NCBI GenBank assembly: GCA_046583195.1
Contig: JAYGCV010000023.1
Coordinates: 676-64,675 of the forward strand
From: Myxococcota bacterium
GTDB taxonomy: Bacteria; Myxococcota_A; UBA9160; UBA4427
Length of the DNA: 64,000 nt
Reading direction: 5' to 3'
The position numbers and the translations under genes are program-made. Shown here one piece after another: positions 1 to 9,793 of this stretch; position 1 is the stretch's first letter, and each line of letters begins with the position of its first letter. The notes under the pieces were generated by a model. The model was not told the origin of the DNA. It saw nothing but the letters and a program-made list of their open reading frames with translations, and searched no databases.

Positions 1-1743
1 GTTAGCAAGGACTGTGCCACGTCTCGAAATATCATAAGTGCCTGTTTTTGAATAACTTTCATCCAAATGGGTAGTAACCGTCAGGGAACTATTTTTCCTC
101 ATCAGCGTATTTTGGGAAAAGTCGTTCCCACCTAGCTGCTGCTGGAGCCTAGTCAGTATCGGGACGGCCTCGGCGACGAATGCCTCGAGCCTTGCCCTGG
201 CTCTCGCCATCCCCGACACCGAGGGCCCTACGAGCGGGGTCGACACCCGGACGGCCATCTCGATGTCCCCCTCGGGGGCTCCGGCGCGCAGAGCGCCCCA
301 CCCCGAGAAATCCTCGACTGCGTGTCGGAACGCCCCGGAAAAACCTGGGTGCCAACGATACGAGAGAACCCGGTCGGCCCCGGAGCGCAGGAGCCACCAC
401 TCGACCTCGGTATCGATCCCTTCGACTCGCCGAGTCCCCACGACTTCCACGGTCCATCCCTGCCCAGGGTATGCGGTCTTCGGCGACACCACGCTGGCAC
501 CTCTCGGGCGCGGCCGGCCGACGCCGACGAAAAGATCGATCTCGTCGGAGCCCTGCTGAAACCGAGCGTGGAAGCTCTCGCGAAAGCCAGTGGTCCCCAG
601 GAAGGGAGTGTCGAGTGCAAGGGGACTCCATTCCCATCCCGAGAGCCCGGCGGCGAAGCGCGTCTGCAACGCGGCTGCGCGCGCGGGCACCACCGGCGGC
701 GGGGACACCAACAGCGAGACCAGTGCGGAAGCCGCCAGCACGACGAGGGCGGGGCGGCTGCCGAGGCGCTGGGGGCCGCGACCCCCATTCTCTGTAGCTC
801 CCCGACTTTCGCGCCCGCCGGCGGACCCCGCCGGGGGCTTTAGTCCAGTCTCGGGGGCACTCGAGGATGGCAGCGCGCGCTCGAGCGCCCAATCGACCCC
901 GACGAGGATCGCGAGACCGCCCAACAGCACCACCACGCCCTGAAGGTTGTGGATCGCAACGATCTCGGAATGGGGATTGAAGATCAGCGTCAGGACCCGA
1001 AGACCGTTCATGAAGAACGCTACCCCGGGGGCCAGCGCCACGACCACCACGGCATGAATGCCCCGGCGACCGAAAGAATCGACGAGCAGCACCGCGAGGA
1101 GCGTGAGCGCTTCGATCGAGCGCATGCCGCTGCAGCCTTCGATGATGGCGAAGTGATCCTCGGGACGAATGATCAAGTCGCCACTCACGTGCGCAGTCAC
1201 GCCCATCGCCATGAGCAGCCAGCCAGCCCAGTCCGCGGTCCACAGCTGAAACTGGAACACGACCTCGTTGAAGACGATTCCCGGCAAGGGCAGCGCCAGA
1301 AGGAGCACCGCCAGCGGCAGGCCAATGCAACGAACACCCGCCCATCCACGGTAGAAGCATGCCAACCCTACGGCGTTGGCCGCGAGCGACAGAGCCAGCA
1401 GGTGCTCGGCACCGCTCCAATTGGCCCAGGCCGCCAGCGCGATCCCCAGCGCGAAGCAGGGAGACACCGCCAGCAGCCCGACCGACCCACTGGGCAGCGC
1501 CACCAGCCGCCGCCAGCGCCGGGACAGCAACCATGCGGCCAACACGACGATGACCCCCGAGGAGCCCTCTCCGGGAAGGAACAGCCAGTCCTCAATGCCT
1601 TCGAGGGGGTCCTGGCTGCGGCTGGGAAGCAGCAATGGGAAGTAGGCGAGCGCCAGGAAGACCCCGCAGAGGGCCCGGGCGGCGAGCGAGGGCTCTCCGT
1701 CGGAAGGCGGCCTCTCTCGGGTCTTGCTGCCTGCGCCGGACAT
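1..1743 (-). CDS. Exosortase-family protein fused to a C-terminal EpsI-like domain; ORF has no stop inside the window (runs off the left edge)
   Basis: My own translation of the third minus frame, which is absent from the ORF track because it never terminates in-window. ATG at 1743 (alternative ATG 1803): MSGAGSKTRE... The N-half is polytopic and hydrophobic, with exosortase-type motifs AIIEGCSGMRSIE, FFMNGLRVLTLIF and AIHNLQG. A TM segment (ALVVLAASALVSLLV) follows, then a ~200 aa soluble domain (GWEWSPLALD, DEIDLFVGVG, KTAYPGQGW) resembling EpsI. Confidence 0.75.
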   Translation of the reverse strand, partial: MSGAGSKTRERPPSDGEPSLAARALCGVFLALAYFPLLLPSRSQDPLEGIEDWLFLPGEGSSGVIVVLAAWLLSRRWRRLVALPSGSVGLLAVSPCFALGIALAAWANWSGAEHLLALSLAANAVGLACFYRGWAGVRCIGLPLAVLLLALPLPGIVFNEVVFQFQLWTADWAGWLLMAMGVTAHVSGDLIIRPEDHFAIIEGCSGMRSIEALTLLAVLLVDSFGRRGIHAVVVVALAPGVAFFMNGLRVLTLIFNPHSEIVAIHNLQGVVVLLGGLAILVGVDWALERALPSSSAPETGLKPPAGSAGGRESRGATENGGRGPQRLGSRPALVVLAASALVSLLVSPPPVVPARAAALQTRFAAGLSGWEWSPLALDTPFLGTTGFRESFHARFQQGSDEIDLFVGVGRPRPRGASVVSPKTAYPGQGWTVEVVGTRRVEGIDTEVEWWLLRSGADRVLSYRWHPGFSGAFRHAVEDFSGWGALRAGAPEGDIEMAVRVSTPLVGPSVSGMARARARLEAFVAEAVPILTRLQQQLGGNDFSQNTLMRKNSSLTVTTHLDESYSKTGTYDISRRGTVLAN

Positions 1744-1908
1744 TCCGTTCCGTCTGTTTCTGCGGGCCGAACGCGTCGAGAGAACAACCCCCGGACCCCG
1801 CATGGGCCGCGCCAGTCTAGCAAGGGCCCGCGGCCCGGTCGCAGGCGCCTCCCGAGCGGCGTTACACTGCCCCGCCCACCCGAGCCGCTAGAGAACGAGC
1901 CGAGCACC

Positions 1909-4149
1909 GTGCAGCAGGGCAGCGCCCACTCCCGTTCCAAATCGGAGCCCGTCGCAGGGGACAACGCCGCCGCGACGGGGCGAATCGTCGTCGCCAGCAA
2001 CCGACTGCCGTTTACGCTCTCCCGTGGCCAGAACGGACTCTCGCGTTCCGCGTCCGCCGGGGGGCTGGTGTCGGCCCTCGAACCGGTGCTGCGGCGGCGC
2101 GGCGGAACCTGGGTCGGCTGGCCGGGAATCGATCTCGCGCCGGGAGAACAGCTGCCCGGGCCCCCGGAGGCCTACCGCGTGGCGCCGGTGGGGCTCGAAG
2201 CCAGCGACGTCGAGCACTACCTCCACGGTTTTTGCAACGGCGCGCTGTGGCCGTTGTTCCACTCGCTGAACGTCCCCGAGAGCTATGACCGAAAAGATTT
2301 CGAGCACTACGAGCGCGTGAATCTGCGCTTCGCCGAGGCCATCCTACGCGAAAGCCGACCCGGCGAGTTGATCTGGATCCACGACTACCACCTGATGCTG
2401 GTGCCCTCGCTGATTCGCGAAATCCAGCCCGAGGCGCGCCTCGCCTTCTTTCTCCACGTTCCCTTTCCGCCCTACGATCTGTTTCGCACGCTGCCCTTTG
2501 ACCGTGAGTTGCTCCGCGGCCTGCTCGCCTGCGACCTGATCGGGTTCCACGTCAATCGCTATGCGCAGAACTTCCTGGACACGGTGGAACAGCGCCTCGG
2601 GACACGCACCGACCGGGAAGCGATGCGCGCCGAACACGGCGACCGGGCGGTCCAGATCGGTGCGTTCCCGATTGGCATCCAGTTCGAAGAATTCGAGGCA
2701 CGGGCACGCGAGGCCCCGAAGCGCAAGAGTACCGGGCGCGAACAGATCGTTCTGGGAGTCGATCGCCTCGACTACACCAAGGGCATCACCCAGCGGCTCT
2801 CGGCCTTCGAACGGCTGCTCGAAGTGCATCCAGAACACCGGGAGCGCGTGGTCCTCACTCAACTCGCGGTGCCGAGCCGCTCAGAAGTTGCCGAGTACCG
2901 GGATCTGAAGACGGAGATCGATGCCCGGGTAGGCGAAATCAACGGTCGCTTCGCAACCGCGAACTGGTCCCCCATCCGATACCTCTACCGTTCGGTGCCG
3001 CCGGACCGCCTGGCCGCGTTGTACCGCGACGCCGACGTGGCGTTGGTGACCCCCCTGCGTGACGGCATGAACCTGGTGGCGAAGGAATTCGTGGCGTCGC
3101 AAGTGGACGACCCCGGCGTGCTGGTGCTCTCTCAGTTGGCCGGTGCCGCCGAAACCATGCGCGAAGCGCTCTTCGTGAACCCCTACGACATCGAGGGGAT
3201 GGCCGAAGTGCTGCACCGGGCTCTGGGCATGGACGAAGCCGAAAGACGCTCGCGCTGCGAAGCACTGCGCCGTCGCGAAGCCCGCGACGACGTTCAGGCT
3301 TGGGTCCGGTCCTTCCTCGCCGCGGCTTCGAGCCAGCGGGTCGCCGCTCGTCCGCTCTCGGGAAGCGACTTCGAAACGTGGCTCTCGCCCTACCTGACGC
3401 GTCCGCGCCTGGCGCTCTTTCTCGACTACGACGGCACCCTCACCCCCCTCCAGCAGCACCCCGCAGAAGCCGTACTTTCGGATTCGATGCGCGCGGTCCT
3501 CGAGCGCTGCGCTGAGCGCGGCGACACCGATGTCGCGATCATCAGCGGCCGATCGCTCGCGGACATCCGCGCCCTCGTCTCGAGCGACGACCTCGCCTAC
3601 GCGGGCAACCACGGACTCGAAATCGAGGGGCCGGGCCTGCGCAAATTCGTACACGAAGACTTCGAGTATTACTCGAATCGGACGCCGCGCCTCGCCAAAG
3701 CCCTCGAAGAGGTCGGGGTCGAGGGCGCGTGGACCGAAGAGAAGGGGCCGACCCTCACCTTCCACTATCGAAGCGTCCCGGCAGCGCACGGGCCCCGGCT
3801 GGCCGAACGCGCGCGTGCAATCATCACCGCCGCTGGCTTCCAACCGCGAGACGCCCACGCCGCAGTCGAAGCGCGCCCTCCCATCGGCTGGGACAAGGGA
3901 CGCGCGGTGCTCCACATCCTGCGCGAACGCTATGGGCCCGCCTGGTCCGATTCGGTGCGCGTGGTGTATGTCGGGGACGATCAGACCGACGAAGACGCCT
4001 TCCGCTTCCTCGCGGGTCTGTCGCTCACCTTCCGCGTGGGCGCCTCGGAAACGCTCACCGCCGCAGCGCACCGCTTGCGGAACGTCGATGACGTCGGGTC
4101 GCTGCTGGCTTGGCTCGGTAGTCGCGAGGAATCGGCGAGCGATTCGTGA
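1909..4149 (+). CDS. otsA: Bifunctional trehalose-6-phosphate synthase / trehalose-6-phosphate phosphatase (OtsA-OtsB fusion)
   Basis: C-terminal ~745 aa of the 949..4149 ORF. OtsA-type GT20 motifs: [43 protein letters not shown]. These are followed by the HAD phosphatase motif [11 protein letters not shown] and [13 protein letters not shown] placed the start at the in-frame GTG at 1909, because upstream codons are antisense to the exosortase gene. Confidence 0.85.
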   Translation: MQQGSAHSRSKSEPVAGDNAAATGRIVVASNRLPFTLSRGQNGLSRSASAGGLVSALEPVLRRRGGTWVGWPGIDLAPGEQLPGPPEAYRVAPVGLEASDVEHYLHGFCNGALWPLFHSLNVPESYDRKDFEHYERVNLRFAEAILRESRPGELIWIHDYHLMLVPSLIREIQPEARLAFFLHVPFPPYDLFRTLPFDRELLRGLLACDLIGFHVNRYAQNFLDTVEQRLGTRTDREAMRAEHGDRAVQIGAFPIGIQFEEFEARAREAPKRKSTGREQIVLGVDRLDYTKGITQRLSAFERLLEVHPEHRERVVLTQLAVPSRSEVAEYRDLKTEIDARVGEINGRFATANWSPIRYLYRSVPPDRLAALYRDADVALVTPLRDGMNLVAKEFVASQVDDPGVLVLSQLAGAAETMREALFVNPYDIEGMAEVLHRALGMDEAERRSRCEALRRREARDDVQAWVRSFLAAASSQRVAARPLSGSDFETWLSPYLTRPRLALFLDYDGTLTPLQQHPAEAVLSDSMRAVLERCAERGDTDVAIISGRSLADIRALVSSDDLAYAGNHGLEIEGPGLRKFVHEDFEYYSNRTPRLAKALEEVGVEGAWTEEKGPTLTFHYRSVPAAHGPRLAERARAIITAAGFQPRDAHAAVEARPPIGWDKGRAVLHILRERYGPAWSDSVRVVYVGDDQTDEDAFRFLAGLSLTFRVGASETLTAAAHRLRNVDDVGSLLAWLGSREESASDS

Positions 4150-6173
4150 GGTGCCGCCTCCGCGCGCTTTTCGTGGGAGCCATCGCACTCCTGGCCGCCG
4201 GGTGTCGCCCCGCGTCCGACGATCCCGCCTCGGCCATCCAGCGAATCGTGTTGATTTCGATCGACACGCTGCGCGCCGATGCGCTCGGTTGCTATGGCAA
4301 CCCCCACGGCACCAGCCCCTACATCGACGAACTCGCGGCCCAGGGCACACGCTTTGCCAACTGCATCGCTCCAGCGCCGATGACTCTTCCCTCCCACGCC
4401 AGCATGCTCACGGGCCTGCACCCGCTCCAGCACGGGTTGCTGGTAAACATGCAGGGGAAGCTTCCCGCGAGTGTCGTCACACTGGCCGAAAGGCTAAAGG
4501 CGCTGGGTTGGCGGACCGGTGCCGTGGTTTCCTCGGCGGTGCTCCACCGCCGCTTCGATCTCGATCAGGGCTTCGACGAGTACCGCGACGATTTCTACCC
4601 CGCGGTGGCCGGCTTCGACGAGCCCTCGGTGCAGCGAACCAACGCCCGCGCAACCACGTCCGTCGCCGTCGACTGGCTCAACCGCGGCAGCGCCGACCAG
4701 AAAGAGTTCCTCTTCGTTCACTACATCGACGCCCACTCGCCCTACGACCCGCCCCCAGACCTGGCAAGGCGCTTCGACGGGGATCTCTACCTCGGCGAGA
4801 TCGCCTTCGTCGACCGCCAAGTCGCACGCCTGGTCGACCACGTGGTCCGACGCTTCAGCCAGGCCGGAACCCTGTGGATCGTCACCTCGGATCACGGCGA
4901 GGCTCTCGGCGAGCACGGCGAAGCCACCCATGGAACCTTTCTCTACGACGAAGTGGTCCGGGTTCCCCTGATTTTCGCGGGCCCCGGCGTCCCGCGCGGC
5001 CTGGTCGTGACCGAGCCTGTGGGCCTCGTCGACCTGGTTCCCACGCTGCTCGCATTGATCGGTGCCGAGCCGGATGCTTCTCTCGCGGGCCGTGCGGTTC
5101 CTGCGGGCGACGATCAGCGGACTCTCATCAGCACTTCGTACATTGGACAACTCGGATTCGGCTGGAGCCCCCTCTGGAGCCTCGGTGGCAACGACGAACG
5201 TTTCATCCTGTCGCCGGACCCCGAGTACTACCGGATCGACGTCGATCCCGACGAGGCAGACAACCTCTTCGGCCAGGAACCCGGGCGCGCCGGTGCGCTC
5301 GAGGCTGCGCTCCGCGAACGCGCCGCCGAGTACCTCGAGGCCTCCCACGATTCCGAGCGGATCGCGCTCGGCGAGGTTTCGCGGCTGCAGTTGGCGGCGC
5401 TCGGCTATGCCGAGCCGTCCTCATCGATCACACCCGCCGCCCTCGACGATTTCAGCGGCAAGAATCCCCGCGAGATGCAGGCAGTCATCGCTCGGATGTC
5501 GGAATACTCGAACGCCATCGCCCGCGGCGATCTCGAGACAGCGAGCCACGCCATCGAAGAGGCCCTGCGCATCAACCCGGAGAATCAAGTGCTCGCCGAG
5601 AGCCGAGGGCGCCTGCTGATCGAACGCGGCCGGGCCGACGAATTTCTCGCGGGGGGCGCCCGCTTCCAACCCGAGATCTGGGAGTCTCGCGCGTATGTCC
5701 TATTGCGGGCGCACGCGCTGCGCAACCTCGAGAGGCCATCCGAGGCCGCTGATCTATTGCAGCGGAACCTCGTCCGGGACGCCGACGATCTCGAAACCCT
5801 CACCGACTTCGCGGCGGTGCTTCTGCTGGCAGAGCGCAACACCGAAGCCCTCGCGGCGTACGAACGACTCGTGACCCATGATCCGCACAGCACTGTCGCC
5901 CGGATCAATCTCGCGAACCTCCTGACGAAGGCCGGCCACCACGACCTGGCGGCCTCGCACCTCGAAACTCTGCTCGCTTTCGCCGCAGGCGACGCGAAAG
6001 GCCACAACAACCTCGGCATCGTCTACGCGAAACTCGGTCGCTTCGATGAGGCGATAACCCACCTCGAACGCTCGCTCGAACTTCTCGGGCCCGGCGCCGA
6101 CTCCTCGATCCCGCTGCAGATGATCGAAGCGCTGCGAAACGCGCCGACGGTCTACCTCGAGAACAAAAACTGA
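4146..6173 (+). CDS. Sulfatase-family (alkaline-phosphatase superfamily) lipoprotein with C-terminal TPR repeats
   Basis: Lipobox signal peptide [20 protein letters not shown]. Sulfatase N-domain motifs ISIDTLRADALGCYG and TLPSHASMLTGL. The C-terminal third is TPR-like (ALAAYERLVTHDP, NNLGIVYAKLGRFDEAI). The GTG start overlaps the otsAB stop (GTGA at 4146-4149). Confidence 0.8.
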   Translation: MRCRLRALFVGAIALLAAGCRPASDDPASAIQRIVLISIDTLRADALGCYGNPHGTSPYIDELAAQGTRFANCIAPAPMTLPSHASMLTGLHPLQHGLLVNMQGKLPASVVTLAERLKALGWRTGAVVSSAVLHRRFDLDQGFDEYRDDFYPAVAGFDEPSVQRTNARATTSVAVDWLNRGSADQKEFLFVHYIDAHSPYDPPPDLARRFDGDLYLGEIAFVDRQVARLVDHVVRRFSQAGTLWIVTSDHGEALGEHGEATHGTFLYDEVVRVPLIFAGPGVPRGLVVTEPVGLVDLVPTLLALIGAEPDASLAGRAVPAGDDQRTLISTSYIGQLGFGWSPLWSLGGNDERFILSPDPEYYRIDVDPDEADNLFGQEPGRAGALEAALRERAAEYLEASHDSERIALGEVSRLQLAALGYAEPSSSITPAALDDFSGKNPREMQAVIARMSEYSNAIARGDLETASHAIEEALRINPENQVLAESRGRLLIERGRADEFLAGGARFQPEIWESRAYVLLRAHALRNLERPSEAADLLQRNLVRDADDLETLTDFAAVLLLAERNTEALAAYERLVTHDPHSTVARINLANLLTKAGHHDLAASHLETLLAFAAGDAKGHNNLGIVYAKLGRFDEAITHLERSLELLGPGADSSIPLQMIEALRNAPTVYLENKN

Positions 6174-6198
6174 GAAAGAGCCTGGCGCCCGCCCGAAA

Positions 6199-7308
6199 CT
6201 AAAAGCGGATCACGCTGCGGATTGCCTTGCCCTCGCGCATCCCGTCGAAGGCGCGGTTGATTTCTTCAAGGGGAAGCGTCTCGCTGACGAGCGGGTCGAT
6301 CACGATGCGACCAGACATGTAGCGATCGACAAAGCCGGGGAGCTGCGTCCGCCCGCGCGTACCGCCGAATGCACTTCCGCGCCATGATCGCCCGGTCACC
6401 AACAGGAAGGGGCGCGCGTGGATTTCCTGGCCGGCGCCCGCGACCCCGATGATGATCGACTCTCCCCAACCCTTGTGCGCACAGGCCAGCGCCTCTCCCA
6501 TCAGATCGACATTGCCGACACACTCGAACGAATAGTCGACCCCGCCACCGGTCAGCTCGACGATGTGTTCGGCAAGGGATCCCCCGATGCCTCCCGGGTC
6601 GACGCAATCGGTGGCACCGAGTTGGCGAGCGAGTTCGAACTTCGCGGGGTTCGTATCCACCGCCAGGATCCGCTCGGCTCCGGCCATCACCGCGCCTTGC
6701 ACGACCGACAGCCCCACCCCACCGAGACCGAAGACGGCGACACTCGATCCGGGTTCGACCTTGGCGGTGTGGAGCACGGCCCCAATCCCGGTGGTGATGC
6801 CACAGCCGAGCAGACACACCTTGTCCAGCGGCGCGTCCTCGCGGATCTTCGCGAGGGCAATCTCGGGCACGACGGCGTACTCGGAGAAGGTCGATGTCCC
6901 CATGTAGTGATGCAGCGGACGGCCGCGGTAGGAGAGGCGGCTCGAGCCGTCGGGCATCTGGCCCCGCCCCTGGGTCTCGCGGATACGGCCGCAGAGGTTC
7001 GTCTTTCCAGAGAGGCAAAATTCGCATTCGCGACATTCGGGGATGTAGAGGGGGATCACGTGGTCGCCGGCACGCAGTCCGCGGACCCCCGGGCCCACCT
7101 CCTCGACGACTCCGGCTCCCTCGTGGCCGAGAACCACGGGAAAGAGGCCCTCGGGGTCGGCACCCGAGAGCGTGAAGGCGTCGGTGTGACAGACCCCGGT
7201 GGCAACCAGCCGCACCAGGCATTCGCCTTCGCGGGGCCCCTCGACGTCGATTTCGTCGACAACGAGCGGCTCCTTCGGCTCGAGGCAGATGGCAGCGCGG
7301 GCCTTCAT
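6199..7308 (-). CDS. adhC: S-(hydroxymethyl)glutathione dehydrogenase / class III alcohol dehydrogenase
   Basis: [25 protein letters not shown]..., zinc-ADH motifs [25 protein letters not shown] and [15 protein letters not shown], Rossmann [12 protein letters not shown]. Start trimmed to the ATG at 7308, preceded by AAGGAAGAAG. Confidence 0.9.
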   Translation of the reverse strand: MKARAAICLEPKEPLVVDEIDVEGPREGECLVRLVATGVCHTDAFTLSGADPEGLFPVVLGHEGAGVVEEVGPGVRGLRAGDHVIPLYIPECRECEFCLSGKTNLCGRIRETQGRGQMPDGSSRLSYRGRPLHHYMGTSTFSEYAVVPEIALAKIREDAPLDKVCLLGCGITTGIGAVLHTAKVEPGSSVAVFGLGGVGLSVVQGAVMAGAERILAVDTNPAKFELARQLGATDCVDPGGIGGSLAEHIVELTGGGVDYSFECVGNVDLMGEALACAHKGWGESIIIGVAGAGQEIHARPFLLVTGRSWRGSAFGGTRGRTQLPGFVDRYMSGRIVIDPLVSETLPLEEINRAFDGMREGKAIRSVIRF

Positions 7309-7379
7309 GACTTCTTCCTTCGCATCCGCGGAATCGAATTCGAACCTGCTGCGGGAACGAGCGCGAGGCGTTTCACGCC

Positions 7380-7718
7380 TCAGCCGCGCTCGCACATCTG
7401 GGTGATGGCAGCGACCAACGCCAACAACACCCACACCACGTTGCCGCCGAGTCGAAACCACCAGGGACGGGTGGCTTCGTCGGCCGGAGCCCCCTCATCG
7501 GTCCCGGCACCTGCGCCGCGCCGCACTTCACTTTCGGAATCGGAGAGTTCAGGGAAGGGGAGGGATCCCTCGAAAGAGCCCTCCGGGTCGCGCGAAGTCG
7601 GGCGCAAACCTCCGCCACGCGGAATCCGGCCACCACAGTGAAGACAGCTGCGCGTCCCGGGCGCAAAGCTCACGTCGCAACTCGGGCAGCGAACCTCGTA
7701 GAACTCGCCAGCGTTCAT
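7380..7718 (-). CDS. Small zinc-ribbon protein with acidic linker and C-terminal TM helix
   Basis: CPSC...CLHCGG (CxxC-N13-CxxC) at the N-terminus; C-terminal hydrophobic segment [12 protein letters not shown]; co-directional with its neighbours. No family recognised. Confidence 0.5.
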   Translation of the reverse strand: MNAGEFYEVRCPSCDVSFAPGTRSCLHCGGRIPRGGGLRPTSRDPEGSFEGSLPFPELSDSESEVRRGAGAGTDEGAPADEATRPWWFRLGGNVVWVLLALVAAITQMCERG

Positions 7719-7727
7719 CGCGCCAGT

Positions 7728-8354
7728 CTAGTGGACACCGGAGGTGGAGATCAGGGCAGCCGGTTCGACCCCGAGCCCGCGCACGGCGTGATCCCACATC
7801 GAGGCCTCGGGCACACCAAAAAAGGCGTCGGGCGTGCCCGGCGTGACGAGCCAGGAGCCCGAAGCGAGTTCTTCTTCGAGTTGCCCCGGACCCCAGCCCG
7901 CATAGCCCAGGAAGAAGCGCAGCGAGGGCGGAGGCGCCTCGGCCAGGGCTTCGAGGACCCTCAGCGACCCGGCGAAGGCGAATCCGTTCGGCAAGCTCGT
8001 GGCTTCGTCTTCGTCGAAGTCAATGCTGGCGCCGCGCGGAAAGAGGACCCATCCCGAGTTCGGTTGCACCGGTCCACCCCAGTGGATCCGCATTTCGGGG
8101 TTTCCCTTCCAGCAGACAGCCAGGCTCTCGAAGAGATCCGAGGCCTGGAGTTCGACCGGCCGATTCACCACGACACTGAAGGCGCCCTCGGCGTCGTGAT
8201 GCACGAGCAACACCACCGACCGAACGAAATTCGGATCCTGAAGCTGCGGCATCGCGACCAGCAGCTTTGATGCGAGTCCATCGTTGGGCACGCTGCGAAG
8301 GTAGCAGTCGGCCCTGCGGTCGCCCTGTCGGGTGGTTGGCTCCCCAGAGCCCAT
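7728..8354 (-). CDS. YqgE/AlgH family protein (UPF0301)
   Basis: LLVAMPQLQDPNFVRSVVLLVHHDAEGAFSVVVNRP ... GGPVQPN ... FLGYAGWGPGQLEEE matches the AlgH/YqgE pattern. The start may be the internal GTG near 8291. Confidence 0.85.
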   Translation of the reverse strand: MGSGEPTTRQGDRRADCYLRSVPNDGLASKLLVAMPQLQDPNFVRSVVLLVHHDAEGAFSVVVNRPVELQASDLFESLAVCWKGNPEMRIHWGGPVQPNSGWVLFPRGASIDFDEDEATSLPNGFAFAGSLRVLEALAEAPPPSLRFFLGYAGWGPGQLEEELASGSWLVTPGTPDAFFGVPEASMWDHAVRGLGVEPAALISTSGVH

Positions 8355-8362
8355 TCCCCGCC

Positions 8363-8920
8363 CTAAAGAGCGACCACCTCGAGGACCTCGGGGATCTCCT
8401 CCTTGAGTCGCGCTTCGATCCCCATCTTCAGGGTGGCGGTCGAACTCGGGCAGCCGGCACAGGCACCCTGGAGGTAGACCTCGACGATCCCGTCGCGAAA
8501 ATCCGCGAAGACAATTTCGCCGCCATCCTGGGCGACGTAGGGCTGGATGTCGCGATCGAGAATTTTGCGAATCCTTGAAACGACTTCTGATTCATCCCCG
8601 CGCGCGGGTGGCTCGAAGGCTGCGCCGAGCGCGGGGGCGCCGCTGGCCGCCCAGTCCTTGATCGCATCGACGATGGCGGCGGCAAGCTCGCTCCAGTCGC
8701 GCCCCGTGTCCTTCGTGACCGTCACGAAATCGGAACCGAGGAAGATGCTTTCGATTCCCTCCACCTGGAAGAGCCTGGCACCGAGGGGAGAGACCTCGGA
8801 AGCGGGAGCCTCGCGGAACGCCGCGCGGCCGGCCTCGCCTGCAACCGCCTGCCCGAGCACCCACTTGATGCTCTGGGGGTTGGGTGTGCGTTCGGCGTGC
8901 ATGCGAAATCCGGGGTCCAT
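8363..8920 (-). CDS. Nfu/NifU-type Fe-S cluster carrier (Nfu N-domain plus NifU C-domain)
   Basis: N-terminal TPNPQSIKW...FLGSDFVTVTK (Nfu_N-like). C-terminal IQPYVAQDGGEIVF...VYLQGACAGCPSS with the CxxC motif. Confidence 0.85.
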   Translation of the reverse strand: MDPGFRMHAERTPNPQSIKWVLGQAVAGEAGRAAFREAPASEVSPLGARLFQVEGIESIFLGSDFVTVTKDTGRDWSELAAAIVDAIKDWAASGAPALGAAFEPPARGDESEVVSRIRKILDRDIQPYVAQDGGEIVFADFRDGIVEVYLQGACAGCPSSTATLKMGIEARLKEEIPEVLEVVAL

Positions 8921-8974
8921 GGCGTCCTTCGTTTCCCTCTCGCCCCTCAGCCTGGGGGCGCACCGGGGTCTGGA

Positions 8975-9775
8975 TCAGGGCCTGGCGGCGGCCCGAAACC
9001 GGGGCGAAAAGAGCAGCGCCTCGGCATCAGCGAGGGTAGCGACTTCGAAACCCGCTGCGCGGGCCCCCGCCTCCTCGCGAGGGCCGTTGTAGCCCCACGA
9101 GGCCAGCACGCATTCCACGCCGAGGCTCGCCACGTCCTCGAGGTGATTCAACTTGTCGTCGACGAATCGAAGCTGCTCGAAAGCGCAGCCGAACTTTTCG
9201 CGAATCCGTTCGAGGTGAGCGCGCTTTCTGACTCCGACCTCCTTGTCGAAGATCCGATCGTCCGGAAAGTGCCCATCCAGGCCGTAGTCGTGTAGGAGCC
9301 TGCGCACCGAGAGCCGGTCCTTGGCCGTGGCAATCACCATTTTCGGCTTACCCGAACTCAAGCGCAGCGCGTCGACGATTGCGGGGTAGGGGCGCATGCA
9401 ATTTCGCCACGCCTCCGGGTCGCGCGCGGCAAAGGCGTGGCGAACTTCGTAGAAGCGGGTGTGGAAGTCAGCCAGAAACCCCGGGTCGAAACGGCTTCGG
9501 TACGCGTCGTATTCGTCCTGATCAAGAACAGCGATTCCCTCAGCGAGAGCATCGAGTGAAACCGCGAAATCTTCGGCGCGGTTGCCGAGGGGCATCCACT
9601 CGACGAAGGCCGCGTAGAGCGCCGCTGCCGGAGCGGCCTCGCGCCCCGGAGCGTCGAGGCCGGAGGCCGGTCGCAACTCGCGATAGGTCTCTTGCGCTAC
9701 GACGAAGGCCTCGGGGGCCGAGTCCGAAATCACTCCGTCGAAATCAAGCACGACTGCAATCGGAAGCGGCGACAT
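8975..9775 (-). CDS. HAD-superfamily hydrolase
   Basis: Motif I VVLDFDGVISDS; later VIATAKD and FVDDKLNHL (motifs III/IV). Confidence 0.8.
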   Translation of the reverse strand: MSPLPIAVVLDFDGVISDSAPEAFVVAQETYRELRPASGLDAPGREAAPAAALYAAFVEWMPLGNRAEDFAVSLDALAEGIAVLDQDEYDAYRSRFDPGFLADFHTRFYEVRHAFAARDPEAWRNCMRPYPAIVDALRLSSGKPKMVIATAKDRLSVRRLLHDYGLDGHFPDDRIFDKEVGVRKRAHLERIREKFGCAFEQLRFVDDKLNHLEDVASLGVECVLASWGYNGPREEAGARAAGFEVATLADAEALLFSPRFRAAARP

Positions 9776-9793
9776 CTTCTTGGCGGGTGCGCT

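Noticed and set aside
149-1534. 461-aa minus-strand ORF (also 228..788 and 322..843)
   Set aside because: These are Arg/Gly/Pro-rich shadow frames of the exosortase-EpsI gene, which occupies the third minus frame and has clear family motifs.
949-1908. N-terminal 320 codons of the 1066-aa ORF 949..4149
   Set aside because: Composition is His/Arg/Gln/Asp-rich with no family signal, and the stretch is exactly antisense to the exosortase gene. The OtsA homology only begins near 1981, so I start the gene at the GTG at 1909.
2881-5752. Long ORFs 2881..4350 (-) and 3530..5752 (+, 740 aa)
   Set aside because: They have extreme Arg/Pro/Ser content and no motifs, and they overlap otsAB and the sulfatase gene out of frame or antisense. 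These are typical high-GC shadow ORFs.
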